From positions 187,612,001-187,676,000 of the forward strand of contig OZ024740.1 in assembly GCA_964016885.1 (NCBI GenBank): 64,000 nt of DNA, in the 5' to 3' direction. Within the stretch, counting starts at the first letter, position 1. Every line of letters begins with the position of its first letter. The stretch is from Eledone cirrhosa (Eukaryota). Made by a program: the position numbers and the translations under genes. Below, piece by piece: positions 59,068-64,000 of the stretch. Below the pieces are notes generated by a model, which saw only the letters and a list, made by a program, of their open reading frames with translations, had not been told where the DNA came from and did not search any database.

Positions 59068-59520
59068 TGTTATTAGTACATATTAAAGTTTTCAGCAAAG
59101 AATTTCTGCTTTCACCCTAAGCAGGATCATCTGAAACTAAGAAATATCAATCTGTGGACGTAAAAGTAAATATCTTTGTTTAATTAGTTTACTACAATTA
59201 TCCTTTTACATATATGGTAGCTGGAAATTATTCGGCCATTCTAAAAAAATATTAGTCTCCCAATTTCTTCATAGCATGAATTTGTTTTTCCTGCTTCAAG
59301 TAATGATGAAATTCTCCTTGCATGCATTTTTCTCTTCCCAATAGAACGTCTTCACACACTACCCTTATGTCTTTCTCTTTTTTCAAGTCAATATTTGGTT
59401 GTTATTTTTTAAAATATATAATTTTGTGCCGACAGATTGATATTTCTCAGTTTCCGATTATCCTGCTTAGATGAAAGCAAAAATTATTTGCTTAAACTTT
59501 TAAATTTGTACTATTAATAA
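59068..59520. mobile_element. MITE-like element with ~105-bp diverged inverted repeats
   Basis: GCTTTCACCCTAAGCAGGATCATCTGAAACTAAGAAATATCAATCTGT (59108-59156) is mirrored at ~59432-59478. Confidence 0.65.
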
Positions 59521-59521
59521 T

Positions 59522-59709
59522 TGTTTCTACTGTTGGCACAAGGCCAGCAATTACCCAGTGCATTACTGGTACTTTATGTTATCGACCCCGGAAGGATGAA
59601 AGGCAAAGTTAACCTCGGCGGGATTTGAATTCAGATCATACAGGGAGGTAACTCTATGCTTCAAAGAATGGCGTCCGACCCTCTACCGATACTGCCAATC
59701 CACCGCCTA
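59522..59709 (-). mobile_element. Young tRNA-derived SINE, short-tail form
   Basis: A box TGGCAGTATCGG, B-box-like GAATTCAAATCC, GCCTTTCATCCTTCCGGGGTCGATAA; 16-bp direct repeat TTGTACTATTAATAAT at 59506-59521 and 59710-59725. Confidence 0.92.
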
Positions 59710-59745
59710 TTGTACTATTAATAATAATAATAATAATATTAATAA

Positions 59746-59781
<36 letters not shown>

Positions 59782-60676
59782 AACACATGAATATGCATGT
59801 ATGTCATCATTATCCTTTAATGTCTATTTTCCCTTCTAGCAAGATACACACACACACACACACATGCAGACACATAAAATAGTGCATGTTGCCTGATTTT
59901 TTCTGAACGTTTGAGGGGAAGTGGTGAATGCATAGACCATGCATTAATGGTCTGTTTCTTTTCATGAATTATCTTTACAAAACTGTATATTTAACCCACT
60001 GGAAATCAGGAATATAGCTACCATGAAATTTATTCAAACATTAATTATTCACATAAAGGTATTAATCAAGAATCTTAATATTACATGATGCTTCTCTTAT
60101 ATATGCAGTTGTACATTCATCCATCCAAGGAATCAAAGGACATAATTCGTAAATTGCATGAATTTACAAAAGTGTTCAAAAGTACATGCTGCTCACGTTG
60201 ATATATTTTATTTGCCTTTTAGAAATTAGTATCAATATATTTTAATCCTATTTACCAAAATTAAATATTATAAAGCCATATTTTAATGAATGAAAGTCAT
60301 TTCAAATGAAAGGGTTATACCTTTACAGTAATGGAAAACAGCAATAAAATTTATTATTAAACCCATAAGACTATTTTATATTAGCCATTTAAACAAAAAT
60401 ATGAGCCTTGCCTTCTATGAAGATTTTATTGCTACTTTCAGTCAGCATTACATTTCCACCTATAAAAATAGAAAGAGGTGAAGATATTTCTTCTTTCTCT
60501 AATATGAAATAATTAAAACAAGAATTATGCATTAAATTTTTTTCATAAATTTTCATTCCTATATTCACTTTATTAAAATAAGAGTTGCTTGATGTGTCCA
60601 CTCATATCAGGCAGGAAGTTTATATTTACACACACATGCACATAAATAAATGTATATGATTAGATCTCTCTTTCTC

Positions 60677-60740
60677 TATGTATGTACGTATGTATGTATG
60701 TATGTATGTATGTATGTATGTATGTATGTATGTATGTATG
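60677..60740. repeat. (TATG)n microsatellite
   Basis: Direct inspection. Confidence 0.95.
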
Positions 60741-61022
60741 TTTTCAAGTCGCTGGCTGGACTAAAATGTGACACTCGTTCAGGGCATCGGTAGGGGTTCT
60801 CCTACATGCATATAAAGTAGTGGCCGTACTCGAAGACGAGTTCGCAGCCACCATGTATGTATGTATGTATAACGATAAAAAAAACAACAAACAAACAAAA
60901 AAACTCAAAATAACAAAACACACACACACACGCACACAACACAGCAACAACATCGACTGCCACCACCGCCGCCGCCAACACCAGCGACCGGGCCTTAAGA
61001 AAACAACTTTAATAATAATAAT

Positions 61023-61820
61023 TTTTCTGCTTTTGGCACGGATCCAGCGACTGGTCCAGCGCATTTGAAGCGTTCCAAAAAGCGTGAAGGGGCCAATTTT
61101 CTTTAACCATCCCTGGAACCCTTTTGAGATAGTCCCCAGTGTGCCTATGACAATCGGGACCACTTTGACTTCATGGCAGTTCCAAATCCTTTTTACCTCC
61201 CACTTTAAGTCTTGGTATCGGTTAATTTTCTCCTTCTCTTGCACTCTCGTGTCGAATGGGCAGGCCACATCCACAATCAGGCACGATCTTTTTTTCTTTG
61301 TCCCAAAACCACCAGGTCAGGTCTATTGTGTTCCAGTTTCTTGTCCGTCTGTATCATAAAATCCCACAGCACCTTCACCTGATCGTTTTCTATCACCGAC
61401 TCTGGCTTATGCTCATACCACTTCTCAGAATGTGGTAAATTGTTTACTTTGCATAGGTGCCAGTGGATCACCCTGCCCATCACATCATGTCTCCAGCCCT
61501 TATAGTGAGTCTGGGCTAGGTGTTTACACTCGGATACAATGTGAGCGACAGTCTCCTCTCTCTCTCTCTCTACAGATCCTGCACAGTGGGCTAGCCTCCT
61601 CCTTGTAAATATGGTGTTTCAACCACTTCGTTTTGAGGGCCTGCTCTTGCGCAACCATTAACATTACTTCTGTAGCCTTTTTAAGGTCTCCTCTTTTCAA
61701 CCAGTTCCATGTCTGTGGATCTCTGAATTCAGTTTTCTCAAAGAAGGTACTATGAAGGGATTTTTCCTGAAGGCTGCTCTTTATCCTTGTTGTTATTTCC
61801 TCCTTGGACATCCCCTGGTC
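61023..61820 (-). mobile_element. 5'-truncated R4/Dong-like non-LTR retrotransposon (CCHC knuckle plus restriction-like endonuclease), frameshifted
   Basis: AQEQALKT, CRIC..ETVAHIVSEC, RHDVMGRVIHWHLC, VLWDFMIQTD..HNRPDLVV, IVDVACPFD, RYQDL, VVPIVIGTLG; (TAA)n run at its 5' side. Confidence 0.88.
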
Positions 61821-61851
<31 letters not shown>

Positions 61852-61919
61852 GTTACTATTATTATTACTTTTTTTTTTTTTTTTTTTTTTCCAATTCAAT
61901 GATGTTCCAGAACAATATA

Positions 61920-64000
61920 AAAGAGATGATTGGCAATAAGGGCAGGGGCCCCAGGTTATCACAGCCTGGGCCCGCTCGTCATCATGCCATTGTAATAGAG
62001 CCAAACAAGGCATTTAGTCTTGGCTGCTGGAACGTACGGACGCTGCTTAACAGGTATTCCTTGGAGCGTCCTGAACGAAGGACCGCTCTTGTTGCAAAGG
62101 AGCTTCGCGTTACAATCTTGACATCGTGGCTTTATTTAAGACGAGGTTAGCTGGAGATGGTCATCTTACAGAATTTTGTGGAGAATATACATTCTTCTGG
62201 AAAAGAAGAGATGAAGGAACCAGAAGAGAGGCTGGGGTAGGATTTGCTGTTAAGACTGTTCTTGTGAATAAATTAGAAGAATTCCCAGTAGGGATTAGTG
62301 AGCGTCTTATGTTCATGAGAATTCCGCTGGACAAAGGAAGATATGCGACCCTGGTGAGTGTGTATGCTCCAACTATGAATTCTGTCGATGAAGAAAAAGT
62401 GTCCTTTTACCATGCCTTGAAAGGTGTTTTAACAAATATCCCTCAGGCAGACAAAGTCATCGTGCTTGGTGACTTTAATGCTAGAGTGGGTAGGGATTTT
62501 AACACATGGAATGTAATCGGAAGGCATGGGGTGGGAAAGTGTAACAACAATGGTATGCTCCTGCTGCAGATGTGTGAGGAGCTGGATCTGTGTGTTACCA
62601 ACACCATGTTCCAACAAAAGAACAAATTCAAGACCACATGGATGCATCCTGCATCTAAGGAATGGCATCTTTTGGACTACGTCCTAATCATGATGCGTGA
62701 CAGACAGGATGTGCAGTGTGTTTGTGCTCTTCGTGGAGCTGGGTGCTGGACGGACCCCCACCTGGTACGCGCAAAAGTGAAACTAATCACTAAACGTAAA
62801 ATCCGGGCTCCTGGTGTTGCCCTGCCCAAAAGATTGAATGCTGTTCGTCTTAAGGATAAAAATGAGAAGAGGACATTGGAAGAAGAGATGCAGGCTGCAG
62901 ATCTTGGTGAGGATTGACCGGCCCTTAAAAAGTCGGTTTATAATGTAGGCAGGCGTGTTCTGGGATTGGAGCAGAGAAAACATCAGGAATAGTTTAATGA
63001 GAATGATGTACATATAGAAGACTTGTTGGCTGATAAGAGGCATGCTCTGTCATGCTACTTGTCGGCAAAACCACAGGAGAGGAATACGTTGCATGAGGAA
63101 CTCAAGGATGTAAAATCACGTGTTAGGCGGAGTCTTTCTCAGATGAAGGATCAGTGGTGGAGTGAGAAGGCTAGTGAGATACAAACTGCGTCAGATTCCA
63201 ATAACACAAAGCTGTTGTACAGTCTCTTGCGTGAGGTTTATGGAGCGTCTGCTTCTCTGGTGAAACCGCTTCGCAGCAAGGATGGCAAAGAACGTCTTTG
63301 TGACTCACAAGAATTCTACGAAGGTGGCGAGAGCACTCTGATGATCTTTTGAATCAGCCGTCTGTCGTCAGTGAAGAATTCCTCAATCTCATTCCAGAAA
63401 GTCCTGTGAAAGTAGAACCTCTGATGCTTGTAGAGGTTGCAGTGGTTATCCCGAAGCTGAACAGTGGAAGGTCTCCAGGTATGGATGGCATACATGCTGA
63501 GCTCCTACAATATGGTGGTGAGGGACTCCTGCAACATCTTCACTCTTTGTTTGGGAGGATATGGGCTAATGAATCTGTACCTGAGGACTGGAGAGATGCA
63601 GTAATGGTGGTCTTGTACAAGGGAAAGGGTAACAGGAACGATTGTGGGAACTACAGAGGTATATCATTGCTTTCTGTCGTAGGGAATGTTTTATGTAGGG
63701 TGCTTCTGGACCATTTGCTGACACACATTGCAGATTGTGTTCTTCCTGAAAGTCAATCTGGTTTTCGTGCTGGACGCGGCACTACTGATATGATCTTCTC
63801 AGATAGACGGCTCCAGGAGAAGTGCATGGAACAAGGTTTGGATCTGTATCAGGTTTTTGTCGATCTCACAAAAGCTTTTGATACTGTTAATAGAAATGCA
63901 TTATGGAAGGTTCTCCAGAAACTTGGTTGCCCTGATAAGTTCCTTGCTTTAGTTAGGTCTTTCCATGACAACATGAAGGCTTGGGTTAATGTCGGAGGTA
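61920..64000 (+). mobile_element. RTE-clade LINE (APE endonuclease plus RT) with stops and frameshifts, running off the window end
   Basis: GCWNVRTLL..PERRTALVAKEL, GVGFAV, SVYAPT, LGDFNARVG, WHLLDYVL, GRSPGMDGIHAE, YKGKG..CGNYRGISLLS, PESQSGFRAGRGTTDMIF, FVDLTKAFDTV. Confidence 0.95.

Noticed and set aside
14500-60600. Numerous 60-130-aa ORFs in AT-rich sequence
   Set aside because: Composition reflects AT-rich background or repeat antisense frames; no domains and no consistent splice-bounded coding frames.
60744-61010. CpG-rich patch as a gene promoter or first exon
   Set aside because: Short, interleaved with simple repeats, and no splice donor or coding signal that I can support.

Overview
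Eukaryotic, very AT-rich, repeat-dense sequence. The SINE, RTE and Penelope families and the long (TA)n arrays resemble a cephalopod (Octopus-like) genome; this is an inference. No intact protein-coding gene is visible, and all long Y/I-rich ORFs are translations of (TA)n microsatellite. The first ~14 kb is a nest of insertions into (TA)n arrays: two decayed Penelope-like retroelements (PLEs, RT C-terminus plus GIY-YIG), two copies of a non-coding ~615-bp unit present as 1.3-1.4 head-to-tail units, pLTR-like fragments and inverted repeats. A third PLE lies at ~30.8-33.6 kb. Reading by eye finds at least five type I hammerhead ribozyme (HHR) folds plus degenerate or atypical ones, all in these PLE-related segments and on their sense strand where that can be told. 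The three HHRs downstream of GIY-YIG ORFs all carry the compensatory U3-A8 core (UUGANAA instead of CUGANGA). The 615-bp non-coding family looks like a retrozyme-type element sharing its 3' terminus with one PLE. The rest resembles a long intron or intergenic stretch with tRNA-derived SINEs (two alternative 3' tails), hAT-type MITEs, decayed RTE, R4/Dong-like, Tx1-like and CR1-like LINE fragments, a cluster of foldback hairpins at 58.5-59.5 kb and one candidate non-coding exon. All folds and alignments were done by eye and need computational confirmation.
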